The translations under genes were made by a program, and so were the position numbers. A stretch of 64,000 bases of DNA. Origin: Candidatus Yanofskybacteria bacterium RIFCSPHIGHO2_02_FULL_43_17. Its GTDB lineage: Bacteria > Patescibacteriota > Minisyncoccia > 2-02-FULL-40-12 > GWA2-44-9. The stretch lies in NCBI GenBank assembly GCA_001794435.1, contig MGJU01000014.1, forward strand, positions 27,494-91,493. The letters are read 5' to 3'. Each line of letters opens with the position of its first letter. The stretch's first letter is position 1. This document shows, piece after piece, positions 19,247-28,062 of the stretch. The notes beneath the pieces are model-generated. The model was not told where the DNA came from and did no database searches. It saw only the letters and a program-made list of their open reading frames with translations.

Positions 19247-19279
19247 ATATTCGAGCGGATTATGTCCGCCGGCCCCTCA

Positions 19280-19315
19280 CCTTTCAGTAGAAAGGTGAGG
19301 GGCTTTAAAATTTTA
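19280..19315 (+). terminator. intrinsic terminator
   Basis: GCCCCTCACCTTTCAGTAGAAAGGTGAGGGGC followed by TTT. Confidence 0.7.
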
Positions 19316-19356
19316 GGAGGTTGACCCAGCTCTTGGGAAGCTTATATTATGCTCTT

Positions 19357-19626
19357 ATGTATTTTGTGTATGTATTATCTCTAAGCAACGGCCAGATTTA
19401 CATTGGTTTTACCAAAGACCTTAAGAAAAGAATTGAAGAGCATAATAACGGCAAGGTTTTTACTACTAGCAAGTATCTACCAATCAAACTTGTATACTAT
19501 GAATGCTATTTATCTAGAGAAGATGCCAAGATTAGAGAAACCATGATTAAAAAATTTGGTAGCACATACTCCCATCTTAAGAAAAGAATTTATTACTCTA
19601 TTAAAGCTTCCCAAGGGCGGGGTTGA
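19357..19626 (+). CDS. GIY-YIG domain nuclease (stand-alone, ~89 aa)
   Basis: YVLSLSNGQIYIGFTKDLKKRIEEHN GIY-YIG core; low GC unlike flanks. Confidence 0.75.
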   Translation: MYFVYVLSLSNGQIYIGFTKDLKKRIEEHNNGKVFTTSKYLPIKLVYYECYLSREDAKIRETMIKKFGSTYSHLKKRIYYSIKASQGRG

Positions 19627-19753
19627 CCCCGCTCTTGAAGAGAGGTTGCCTGTGGCAGAACCATCCCATTTATACGTTCTACTGATAAACACAGAATGAG
19701 TTGTTCAAAACTATTTTATTAAAAACATCCTCTCTTCAAGAGCGGGGTTGACA
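19611..19753. repeat. inverted-repeat element of the TTCAAGGGCGGGG-TTGAC family (arms 19611-19645 and 19729-19753, ~80-bp AT-rich spacer)
   Basis: arms CCAAGGGCGGGGTTGACCCCGCTCTTGAAGAGAGG / CCTCTCTTCAAGAGCGGGGTTGACA; right arm ends in a -35 hexamer. Confidence 0.7.
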
Positions 19754-19775
19754 AAATTTGTGAGAAGAGTATAAT
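19748..19775 (+). promoter_or_regulatory. sigma70-type promoter (TTGACA-16-TATAAT)
   Basis: perfect consensus hexamers with 16-bp spacer. Confidence 0.7.
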
Positions 19776-19967
19776 ACATTTAGAACATTAAATACTACCG
19801 GAGCAGAAAAGAGGCGACTTGAAGCCAATCTAGAAATGTCGAAATTATAGATACATCGATATTTTGGCCCCAAATCCCCTCTTTTCTGCAACCCGCTCCG
19901 TCACGAGCGGCGGAGCCAGGGAGGGGTTCGTCAACGACGTCAACGCCCACTGGGCAAAGGAGGCCAC

Positions 19968-20774
19968 ATGGCCACGAAGAAGGTTCGGAAGATGAAGAAG
20001 GACGAGATCCCGGTCACAGCCGGAGAACTCTCGGACATCGAGAAGCAAGACCTGGCGGCGACAGCGCCCGCCGACGACAAGGGCGACGGCGAAGCGAGCG
20101 ATCGCCTGCCGTACCACACGTTCGAGCCGGAAGTCTTCCAGCGCTGGACCCGACACGAGAACGGCCTCCACTTGGTCCCGAAGTACCGCTGGGACATGGT
20201 CGCACGGCTGAACGGCGGCCCGCTCTCGGTGGCCAACACCGAGCGGATCGTTCGGGTCGACCCGGCGCTGGGTCGGGCGACGTGCGGATTCCTCGGGCAT
20301 GGGAAGGAGTTCGTCGCCTATATGGTGGCGTTCATCCTGAACAAGCCGGGGCAGGAGGGTCAGCTGATGACTCGTGACAAGTACGTCACAACGGACAACC
20401 CCGAGGGGGTTGTCTACATGGGCTGCGTCGTCCGCGTCAAGGACGAGAACAACCACGTGGTTCCTCTCACGTGCTGCCCCGAGCACGTGGAAGCGGCCCA
20501 GAACGCCGTCGAGCTGGCCTCGGCCCGTCGCGACAAGGACGGAAAGATCGTCGAGCGCGGCTTCCGTCCGCCGGCCCAGTCGATGGGCCAAGCCCTCATC
20601 GACATCCAGGCCATTGTGACCAAGGCCGAACAGCGCCGCGACGAGACCCAGAAGGCCGTCGAGGCCTACGGTGGCAAGCGGCGAGAGTTCGGTGGGAGTC
20701 CCCACATGGCAACCAGCGGCCGCCAGGGCCGCGAGCGCGACCCGCGCGAGCGGAGCATCGGGAACCGCGGCTAA
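19968..20774 (+). CDS. hypothetical protein on GC-rich island 2
   Basis: AAAGGAGG RBS then ATG; GC ~62%; Cys/His cluster CGFLGHG...CCPEH; no known domain recognised. Confidence 0.5.
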   Translation: MATKKVRKMKKDEIPVTAGELSDIEKQDLAATAPADDKGDGEASDRLPYHTFEPEVFQRWTRHENGLHLVPKYRWDMVARLNGGPLSVANTERIVRVDPALGRATCGFLGHGKEFVAYMVAFILNKPGQEGQLMTRDKYVTTDNPEGVVYMGCVVRVKDENNHVVPLTCCPEHVEAAQNAVELASARRDKDGKIVERGFRPPAQSMGQALIDIQAIVTKAEQRRDETQKAVEAYGGKRREFGGSPHMATSGRQGRERDPRERSIGNRG

Positions 20775-20794
20775 CCCCGCGTTCCCGAGCACGC

Positions 20795-20850
20795 AACCCG
20801 GAAGGAGGGTGGAGGCACAACCTCCTTCCCTTCTTCCGGGTCGTTTTAAT
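20795..20850 (+). terminator. intrinsic terminator
   Basis: CCCGGAAGGAGGGTGGAGGCACAACCTCCTTCCCTTCTTCCGGG then TCGTTTT. Confidence 0.6.
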
Positions 20851-21132
20851 ATTTACCCGAGCGCAACGAAGTGAGCACGGTTGTAAATATTAACCCCGCA
20901 CTAATTTTGCCGACTACTCTGATAAGAATATTGAGCTAAGGACTACTTATTTAACACTCGCAAAGCGCGAGGGCCGAATAGGCCCACCCCTTATGGGCGC
21001 AGCACTTTGCCATAATAAAATCACAAAATTATTGCTGGGGTAATAAGTATTTACTAATGAAATTTTAAAACAAAGATTTTATTAGCTAGTACTTATACAA
21101 TCGGGAAGAGAACGGGAAGGGAAGGAGGCTAA

Positions 21133-22599
21133 GTGAAGACCACGAGGAGTTGGTACCGCCAGCTTGGCGAGTACCGGACGAACAAAGCTGGAAAGAAAAT
21201 TAGAGGCGTCATTGGCACCACGATGCATTTGTTCCGCATTTGCGGAAAGAATATCATCATTGAATGCGGCATCGGCTTTGACAGGAACGGTGAGTTTCAG
21301 GCCCAGTACGTACCCGATGGCAACTGGCTTATCGGAACTCATATTGATTTGATCATCCTCACCCACAAGCACCTGGATCATTCGGGGGCAATTCCCCGTC
21401 TTGTGTGGCATCACCCGGAAGCGCTGGTGTTGATGTCGGCCAAATGTTTTGACGGCACAGTGATAGCCGTTGAAGATTCTTTGAAGATCTGGCGCAACGA
21501 GGCGAATAACGCCGAGCGGAATGGTTTGCCCGTTCCGGAGCCGATCTTCACAGAAGAAATGGCTGAAGCGTTTTTCAATAACCCCAACTTGAGGGTGTTC
21601 AATCCTCCTTACTGGCTTGATCCGCAGGAAGACCTTCGCGGTCAGTGGCCGGGATGGGAAATTGGATTCTACGGTGCCGGTCACGATACCGGCGCAGTAT
21701 CTGTCTACATGATCCGACCGGATGGTAAGTATCTCTATCTGACCGGCGATATTGCCAGCCATGACGGAGAGAACGCCCGCGGTGTTCTTCTGCCGCCTGA
21801 CGACTTCCTTGGCGACTTCTTTGACCGTCCCGGAACGATGGTCACCGAAGCGACCAACGGCGGCCGCCGGATGGAAAAGCCGCGCAGTCAACTGGATGAA
21901 GAGCTCAACCGATTTATCAAGTCGGTTGATGCAAAAGGGGGCATTCTCCTGTGCGCCGAATTCGCGGGCACCAAAAGCGGCAACATGATGGTCAAGCTGA
22001 ATAATCTTGGCTACAAAGTTGTCGTTGACGGACTTGCCCGCCGGCATATCCGGGTTGAGGTTCCGGATGTTGACCAGAGGATCAGGGACGGCCGAGTCGT
22101 GTTCATTGAAGAACGCGACCAAGAGCTCGCGTGGAAACAGCGGGCCGACTACGCCGCCGGCGTTCACGGCTTTGTGTCCATAATCGCCGCGTCGGGTTCT
22201 ATGGATCAGGGCTTTGCCGCATCGGCATACGGGCCCGTGATCCTTGAGGGTGAGAAAAACGCTGTTGTCTTCACAAGCCATATCTTTGATGACTCCACCA
22301 CGCAACGACTGCTCAATATCAAGCGTGGTCGGACGATTAAGATGAAAAAGTTCGTCAACGGACGGCTCGAGCCGATTCGAGTCAATGTCCGTTGTGAAGT
22401 TAGACATTTCGGCTACTCGTCGCATGATTATCAGGACGGGTTAGTCGAGCGAGTCCGGCTCGCAAGACCGGAGGAGACGCTCATTGTCCACCACTGCCCG
22501 GGCAAGGCAACGTTTGACGCCTTTGCCGAACGAGTGAATTCCCTGCCCCCTCCCCCGAAAACAATCTGGGGACTCAATGGCAGAAAGATATTTATTTAA
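21133..22599 (+). CDS. MBL-fold hydrolase, beta-CASP-like putative nuclease (GC-rich island 2)
   Basis: THKHLDHSG HxHxDH motif, later GAGHDTGAV and YSSHD motifs; AGGAGG RBS then GTG start. Confidence 0.6.
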   Translation: MKTTRSWYRQLGEYRTNKAGKKIRGVIGTTMHLFRICGKNIIIECGIGFDRNGEFQAQYVPDGNWLIGTHIDLIILTHKHLDHSGAIPRLVWHHPEALVLMSAKCFDGTVIAVEDSLKIWRNEANNAERNGLPVPEPIFTEEMAEAFFNNPNLRVFNPPYWLDPQEDLRGQWPGWEIGFYGAGHDTGAVSVYMIRPDGKYLYLTGDIASHDGENARGVLLPPDDFLGDFFDRPGTMVTEATNGGRRMEKPRSQLDEELNRFIKSVDAKGGILLCAEFAGTKSGNMMVKLNNLGYKVVVDGLARRHIRVEVPDVDQRIRDGRVVFIEERDQELAWKQRADYAAGVHGFVSIIAASGSMDQGFAASAYGPVILEGEKNAVVFTSHIFDDSTTQRLLNIKRGRTIKMKKFVNGRLEPIRVNVRCEVRHFGYSSHDYQDGLVERVRLARPEETLIVHHCPGKATFDAFAERVNSLPPPPKTIWGLNGRKIFI

Positions 22600-22618
22600 C
22601 GGCATTTGCCGCAAACCA

Positions 22619-22644
22619 CCCCCGACCGCAAGGTCGGGGGTTTT
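22619..22644 (+). terminator. intrinsic terminator
   Basis: CCCCCGACCGCAAGGTCGGGGG then TTTT. Confidence 0.7.
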
Positions 22645-22647
22645 AAC

Positions 22648-22778
22648 TTGACCCCGCCCTTGAAGTCAGAATCTAAAGATTTTTTCTTGATCATGTTGCT
22701 ATTTATTAAATAGTCATAATTTGTTTGAAGAAAATAGTATTTGCTGGAAGCAATCTGACTTCAAGGGCGGGGTTGACC
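22648..22778. repeat. inverted-repeat element of the TTCAAGGGCGGGG-TTGAC family (arms 22648-22670 and 22754-22778)
   Basis: TTGACCCCGCCCTTGAAGTCAGA ... TCTGACTTCAAGGGCGGGGTTGACC; right arm gives TTGACC-17-TGTAAT promoter. Confidence 0.7.
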
Positions 22779-22823
22779 AACAAATCAATTTATGTAATAA
22801 TACTTTCAAGGAGGGCCGAGCTA

Positions 22824-23693
22824 ATGGCCAGATGGGGAAAACCCAAAACAGTTGACTGGAGAGGAGTACCGTCTTCTCCGACGTCATTTTGTATCTTTCC
22901 AATTAGAGACGCGGCATTCTCGCCGGAATTGAATATTTGGCTGGTTTATAATCATGCCGATAAAGGCAGAAAAAACCCGTTGGCTCAACTTTTAGGATTC
23001 GATCCCCAACAACAAGGGGGTGGTAGAAAAAAGGGCAAGCCGGCCGCTTACGGAATGCCCGGAGGCGGACTCAATCCGGAATGGCTTGAGACGGCAGAAG
23101 GTGCTGCCGTCAGAGAAGGCAGTAACGAAAGCGGGGTAAAGGTCATCCGGGCCCGTTTAATTCCTGTTCCGGGGGAAAAGAACAAGGCCCTGATATTAAA
23201 CAAGAAGACCGGCGAACGGACTCGTCCGGAGATAATGTATGCGGATGGACAACAGGTTCACATTGAACTAATGCCGAACGAGAAACTTCTTCTAAATCCG
23301 ATGAACTACTACCTCGCCGAAGTTGATTGGTTCAACTCAAAGGTCAGAGAATTTCTTCTCAACCTTAAGAATAACCTTATTGCGGAAGGCGCCTGCACCG
23401 CAGAAGATATCGCTCGCGAAGGAATCAGTATAAATACCCTCACCCGAGAAGAGCTTCTCGCGCTTGGAGTGGATGAGGAGGAAGTGGGTAAGATAAGCGA
23501 CCCCGAAGAAGTGTGTGAAATTGGCGGATTCGCTCTTCTGCCGGTAAGCTTGCTCCGCGATATGTGGGAGAGCAAGCGGTTCTACTTGAACCCCGAAGAA
23601 GACCGGGAAAATCCTTTGGATCCGACTACGTATGTGTACTACAGCCACGTAAAGCGAATCCTGGAAGGCCTAGACCTAATGGGCGTTGCCTGA
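22824..23693 (+). CDS. hypothetical protein
   Basis: AAGGAGG RBS then ATG at 22824 (MARWGKP); upstream ORF extension overlaps the promoter element; terminator at 23716-23745. Confidence 0.5.
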   Translation: MARWGKPKTVDWRGVPSSPTSFCIFPIRDAAFSPELNIWLVYNHADKGRKNPLAQLLGFDPQQQGGGRKKGKPAAYGMPGGGLNPEWLETAEGAAVREGSNESGVKVIRARLIPVPGEKNKALILNKKTGERTRPEIMYADGQQVHIELMPNEKLLLNPMNYYLAEVDWFNSKVREFLLNLKNNLIAEGACTAEDIAREGISINTLTREELLALGVDEEEVGKISDPEEVCEIGGFALLPVSLLRDMWESKRFYLNPEEDRENPLDPTTYVYYSHVKRILEGLDLMGVA

Positions 23694-23778
23694 CCCTGTC
23701 GTTTTTTTTCAAAAATAAGGAGCACGCAACGCTCCTTCTTTTTATAACTAAGCCCGTTGTGTTAAAATAAAAAATCAA

Positions 23779-25587
23779 ATGAAAACTATTCTAAAATATA
23801 TTCTTATCGTATTTGTATCGCTATTTGTTCTGGCGGCTTTGGTGTCTTTGTTTGAATCTCCCGAAAAATCAGTCATTCCCCTTTCAGAACTGGTGAATAA
23901 GATAAACCGAGGAGAAGTGGAGAGCGTGACTCTCAAAGAAAATTTGCTTGAGATAAAAACTGTCAGCGGCGAGTTGTTGGAAACAAAGAAAGAAACATCC
24001 GTATCCGCTTTCGAGACACTCGCTAATCTTGGCGCCGAGAAAGACAAGCTATCGGCAATACGAGTTGAGGTCAAAGATGCCAGCGGATTTGCGGTAATTC
24101 TCAGATCGGTATTACCCATAGTTCTGCCGTTTCTTCTGATACTTTTTATCTTTTGGTTTATGTTCAGCAAAGCCCAGCAAGGTTCAATGCAGGCATTGTC
24201 CTTCGGAAAAACAAAGGCGCGGCTGGCAAACATGATCGGCAAAAGAAAAGTTATGTTCAAGGATGTGGCCGGACTGACAGAAGCGAAGGAAGAGATATCG
24301 GAAGTGGTTGAATTTTTGAAAGATCCCCAGAAATTCCACAAACTCGGCGCAAGAATACCGCGAGGCATTATGCTTGTCGGTTCTCCGGGAACCGGAAAAA
24401 CTCTCCTAGCCAAAGCCGTCGCCAATGAAGCCGATGTTCCCTTTTATTTCGTTTCGGGTTCGGAATTCGTAGAAATGTTCGTTGGCGTGGGCGCAAACAG
24501 GGTAAGAGACACCTTTGAGCTGGCCAAGAAAACATCGCCTTCGATCATCTTCGTAGATGAGATAGACGCCGTAGGCCGTCACAGAGGCGCGGGTCTTGGC
24601 GGAGGCCACGACGAAAGAGAGCAGACATTGAATCAAATACTGGTTGAGATGGATGGTTTTGATACCAACGACGCCGTGATTGTAATGGCCGCGACAAACA
24701 GACCCGATATTCTTGACCCGGCCCTTTTAAGACCGGGTCGTTTTGACAGGAGAATAATCTTGGATGAGCCGTCAATGAGAGACCGCGAAGACATATTAAA
24801 GATCCACTCGCTGGGCAAACCAGTATCACCAAGCGTAAACCTTAAAATAGTTGCGGAAAGAACACCGGGATTTTCCGGAGCCGATCTGGCAAACTTAGCC
24901 AACGAAGCAGCGATACTGGCGGCAAGAAAGGGTCGAGCTCAGATAAATCAGGACGACTTCTTTCAAGCAATAGAAAAGGTCATTCTCGGTCCGGAGAGAC
25001 GAAGCCATATACTTTCAAAAAAGGAAAAAGAGATAACCGCTTATCATGAGGCCGGGCACGCCTTAGTTGCCGTATCGATTCCCCACTCCGATCCGGTACA
25101 CAAGGTCTCTATTATATCCCGGGGACGAGCGGGCGGATACACTTTGAAGTTGCCAAGCGAGGACAAACACATGAGATCTAAAGCAGAATTTGAATCGGAG
25201 CTGGCTGTGCTTCTCGGCGGCTATGCCGCGGAGAAAGCCATATTCAAAGACACAACTACGGGAGCAACCAACGACCTAAGAGTAGCTTCCGATCTTGCCA
25301 GAAAGATGGTAACCCAATTCGGTATGTCGGAAAAATTGGGACCGATAACCTACGGCGAGAAAGACGAGCTGGTGTTTCTTGGCAAAGAGATGGGACACAC
25401 CAAAAATTACTCCGAAACAATCGCCTACCAAATAGACAACGAGGTTAAAAAACTTGTCTCAAAAGGTCTGGCAACCGCTAAAAAAGTACTCACTCAAAAA
25501 ATAGGTGCTCTCCACAAAATCGCTAAAGAACTCCTGACCAAAGAAACTCTCGAACAAAAAGAATTCTATTCTCTGGTCAGAGGGTAA
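23779..25587 (+). CDS. ftsH: ATP-dependent zinc metalloprotease FtsH
   Basis: [15 protein letters not shown] Walker [11 protein letters not shown] Walker [10 protein letters not shown] zinc site, N-terminal TM. Confidence 0.95.
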   Translation: MKTILKYILIVFVSLFVLAALVSLFESPEKSVIPLSELVNKINRGEVESVTLKENLLEIKTVSGELLETKKETSVSAFETLANLGAEKDKLSAIRVEVKDASGFAVILRSVLPIVLPFLLILFIFWFMFSKAQQGSMQALSFGKTKARLANMIGKRKVMFKDVAGLTEAKEEISEVVEFLKDPQKFHKLGARIPRGIMLVGSPGTGKTLLAKAVANEADVPFYFVSGSEFVEMFVGVGANRVRDTFELAKKTSPSIIFVDEIDAVGRHRGAGLGGGHDEREQTLNQILVEMDGFDTNDAVIVMAATNRPDILDPALLRPGRFDRRIILDEPSMRDREDILKIHSLGKPVSPSVNLKIVAERTPGFSGADLANLANEAAILAARKGRAQINQDDFFQAIEKVILGPERRSHILSKKEKEITAYHEAGHALVAVSIPHSDPVHKVSIISRGRAGGYTLKLPSEDKHMRSKAEFESELAVLLGGYAAEKAIFKDTTTGATNDLRVASDLARKMVTQFGMSEKLGPITYGEKDELVFLGKEMGHTKNYSETIAYQIDNEVKKLVSKGLATAKKVLTQKIGALHKIAKELLTKETLEQKEFYSLVRG

Positions 25588-25635
25588 AGTTGTCAACTCG
25601 TACTAACGAATATCTTATGATATAATCGTCAGTAC

Positions 25636-26304
25636 ATGGCACGAGTTAAAGACAGACGTCTAGCAATTAAGTTGCGGGAGCAAGGCAAAAGTTGGACTGA
25701 GATAAGAAGCGTACTTACTGTAAGTAAGGACACTTTATCTCGTTGGTTAAAAGACGCTTGCCTCACAGAAGAACAGAGACAGAAAATAGTCCTCGAAGGA
25801 AAAACTAGGCGGATAGAAAACTATATTCTGTCTACCAAAGCAAGAAGAAAAAGAATTGATGAAACGTACCTTCAAAATAAAGCCCGGGAGTTTGGCAAAG
25901 TAAACAAGCGAGACTTTCTTGTGGCGGGGTTGTTTTTATATTTAGGTGAGGGGGCCAAGTCAACTAGGTCACGCATACAAATTACCAATAGTGATCCCTC
26001 GATTATTCAATTTTCTATCTACTGGCTAACAAAAATACTAAAAATTCCTTATCGAAAAATAAAAGTTCAACTGCACTTATATACAGATATGGCTATTGAG
26101 AGAGAAATTGATTTTTGGCAAAAAATTACTATGCTAAATAGAGATCAGTTCATTAAACCCTATATAAAGAGGACATCTTCTTTACGAATTGATCACCCAA
26201 GTTTCGGTCACGGAACTTGCTCGATATATTATCATAATGCGAAAATAAAAGACGAAATTATGGCAGGAATAAAGGTTATAATGAATTCAGCAACGCGCCT
26301 GTAG
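25636..26304 (+). CDS. LAGLIDADG-type homing endonuclease-like protein with N-terminal HTH
   Basis: LAGLFLYLGEGAK single LAGLIDADG motif; N-terminal resolvase-like HTH; immediately upstream of tRNA pair. Confidence 0.55.
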   Translation: MARVKDRRLAIKLREQGKSWTEIRSVLTVSKDTLSRWLKDACLTEEQRQKIVLEGKTRRIENYILSTKARRKRIDETYLQNKAREFGKVNKRDFLVAGLFLYLGEGAKSTRSRIQITNSDPSIIQFSIYWLTKILKIPYRKIKVQLHLYTDMAIEREIDFWQKITMLNRDQFIKPYIKRTSSLRIDHPSFGHGTCSIYYHNAKIKDEIMAGIKVIMNSATRL

Positions 26305-26370
26305 CTCAGTTGGTAGAGCACACGACTTATAATCGTGCGGTCCCTGGTTCGAGTCCAGGCAGGCGCACCA
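26295..26370 (+). tRNA. tRNA-Ile with unmodified-type anticodon UAU (reads AUA)
   Basis: canonical cloverleaf, all stems Watson-Crick; anticodon loop CUUAUAA; CCA encoded. Confidence 0.7.
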
Positions 26371-26374
26371 GAAC

Positions 26375-26450
26375 GGGCGGTTAGCTCAGTTGGTAGAGCG
26401 CTTCCTTTACACGGAAGATGTCGAGGGTTCGAGTCCTTCACCGCCCACCA
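26375..26450 (+). tRNA. tRNA-Val (anticodon UAC)
   Basis: anticodon loop UUUACAC; CCA encoded. Confidence 0.85.
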
Positions 26451-26579
26451 GAATTTGACTTTCAGTCAGCCAGCCGGCGGATTGCCCGACCGATTCGGCC
26501 GCGCGAAGCGCGTCTTCAAAACTTGCAATTTCCTTATTGGTGCGCTATTTTTAATCACAAGATCAAGGATTAATTTGTT

Positions 26580-26906
26580 TTGATAATTCATATGGATCAA
26601 AAAGGATTTGCCAATATGGCGTTAGTTGTTTTGGTTGGGGTGGCTGGATATTTTGCTTTGAATAATCGTTCGACAACACCCGCACCAACGCCTTCTCCCA
26701 CACCAACCCCGTCCGTAAATCTATTGAAGGTCTGCCCCGAAGAATGGTATGTCAATCAAATGCCCGGCACAGTGGGATTAGAAACAGATCAAAACAAAAT
26801 CCCAAACGAATATTTTATTTACAAAGGCATACGACGAGAACTTTCAGAGTTTGATATTAATTGGGTAAAAACTAATTGTTCAGTAAGGCCTCAGGTCGTC
26901 TATTAA
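26580..26906 (+). CDS. small secreted/membrane-anchored hypothetical protein with PT-rich linker
   Basis: TM/signal then TPAPTPSPTPTPS. Confidence 0.4.
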   Translation: MIIHMDQKGFANMALVVLVGVAGYFALNNRSTTPAPTPSPTPTPSVNLLKVCPEEWYVNQMPGTVGLETDQNKIPNEYFIYKGIRRELSEFDINWVKTNCSVRPQVVY

Positions 26907-26967
26907 GCATGTAGGCGCCGCATTTCCGTCCAAACTAGTTCAAGAATAGACTATGAGGATTTAACTT

Positions 26968-27306
26968 ATGTCTACAGTGGAAAAATTGAAGCCGTCGACA
27001 ACAGAAAAACCCAAACCGGAAAAACCGGCTGATATTAGTGATTTTGAATCGGTCAAAAAGAAGAAGCGATTATGGGAAGCGCGGCGGGCAGATACAAGCT
27101 CGGTGCTAGCTGACGCTCTTGAATTGGTCCGAGAAAGCCAGCTCTCGGATGCAGAGATAGACGAACTCCGCTCTATTACCAACGATGAAAAAACACTTCT
27201 GAAAACGGTGTCCGACTTATTTACGCGTTTGAGAAATAACAACCAAGAAATAGAAGAACTTCGAGAACTGATCGGACAAATCAAACAAAAATTAGGCGAA
27301 GAATAA
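26968..27306 (+). CDS. hypothetical coiled-coil protein
   Basis: charged, helical, no motif. Confidence 0.4.
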   Translation: MSTVEKLKPSTTEKPKPEKPADISDFESVKKKKRLWEARRADTSSVLADALELVRESQLSDAEIDELRSITNDEKTLLKTVSDLFTRLRNNNQEIEELRELIGQIKQKLGEE

Positions 27307-27308
27307 TT

Positions 27309-28052
27309 ATGGATGTAGGTATTGTTTATGAAGACGGCGATATTTTAGTCTTGAACAAGCCCGCTGGCCTTATAACTCACCCGAAGAACATAAGCGATAC
27401 CCAAGACAGCGTAACCGGTTGGCTGATAGAAAAATTTCCAAACATCAAAAACGTCGGCGAACCTTTCGTTGCCTCCGGGAAGGAAGTTCCCCGCGCCGGC
27501 GTTGTTCATCGCCTAGACAAAGATACTTCGGGACTACTGATAGTCGCCAAGAATAACGAGGCTTTTTTTTATTTAAAAAAACTGTTTCAGAACAGAAAGA
27601 TAAGAAAATATTATTTGGCTTTAGTGAATGGCAGACCCAAAGAGCCGAAAGGAGTGATTTCAGCTCCTCTGGGCAGGGTAGGCCTAAAAAGAACGGCTCG
27701 CCTAACCGGTAAAAAGTTAGTAGACAAGAAAGAGGCGCTAACCGAGTATCGAACCCTAAAAGAGTTCAAACATCACACCCTTCTGGAAGTATCCCCGCAT
27801 ACCGGCCGAACCCACCAAATAAGAGTCCATCTCAACTCCATAGGCACGCCCGTTTCTGGAGATAAGATTTATGGATTCAAAAGGGTCAAATCACCGTCCG
27901 GGTTGATGAGATTATTCCTGCACGCTTACAAGTTGGAATTTACGGCTCCCTCCTTCGCTAAAGCTTCGGAGGGCAGACCTGATGGTAAAAACCTGGTGCT
28001 GGAGGCAGATCTGCCGGAAGAGTTGCAAAACACGTTAAATATGCTAGAATAA
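27309..28052 (+). CDS. RluA-family pseudouridine synthase
   Basis: HRLDKDTSGLLIVAKN catalytic Asp motif. Confidence 0.85.
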   Translation: MDVGIVYEDGDILVLNKPAGLITHPKNISDTQDSVTGWLIEKFPNIKNVGEPFVASGKEVPRAGVVHRLDKDTSGLLIVAKNNEAFFYLKKLFQNRKIRKYYLALVNGRPKEPKGVISAPLGRVGLKRTARLTGKKLVDKKEALTEYRTLKEFKHHTLLEVSPHTGRTHQIRVHLNSIGTPVSGDKIYGFKRVKSPSGLMRLFLHAYKLEFTAPSFAKASEGRPDGKNLVLEADLPEELQNTLNMLE

Positions 28053-28062
28053 ACTACTAATT

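Noticed and set aside
19845-20792. 315-aa minus-strand ORF overlapping the island-2 gene, and 447-aa minus ORF 21082-22425
   Set aside because: High-GC DNA yields long spurious antisense ORFs. The plus-strand frames have strong RBSs, motif content (HxHxDH) and terminators, so the minus frames are rejected.
23775-24425. 216-aa minus-strand ORF overlapping ftsH
   Set aside because: Antisense to ftsH, with no support.
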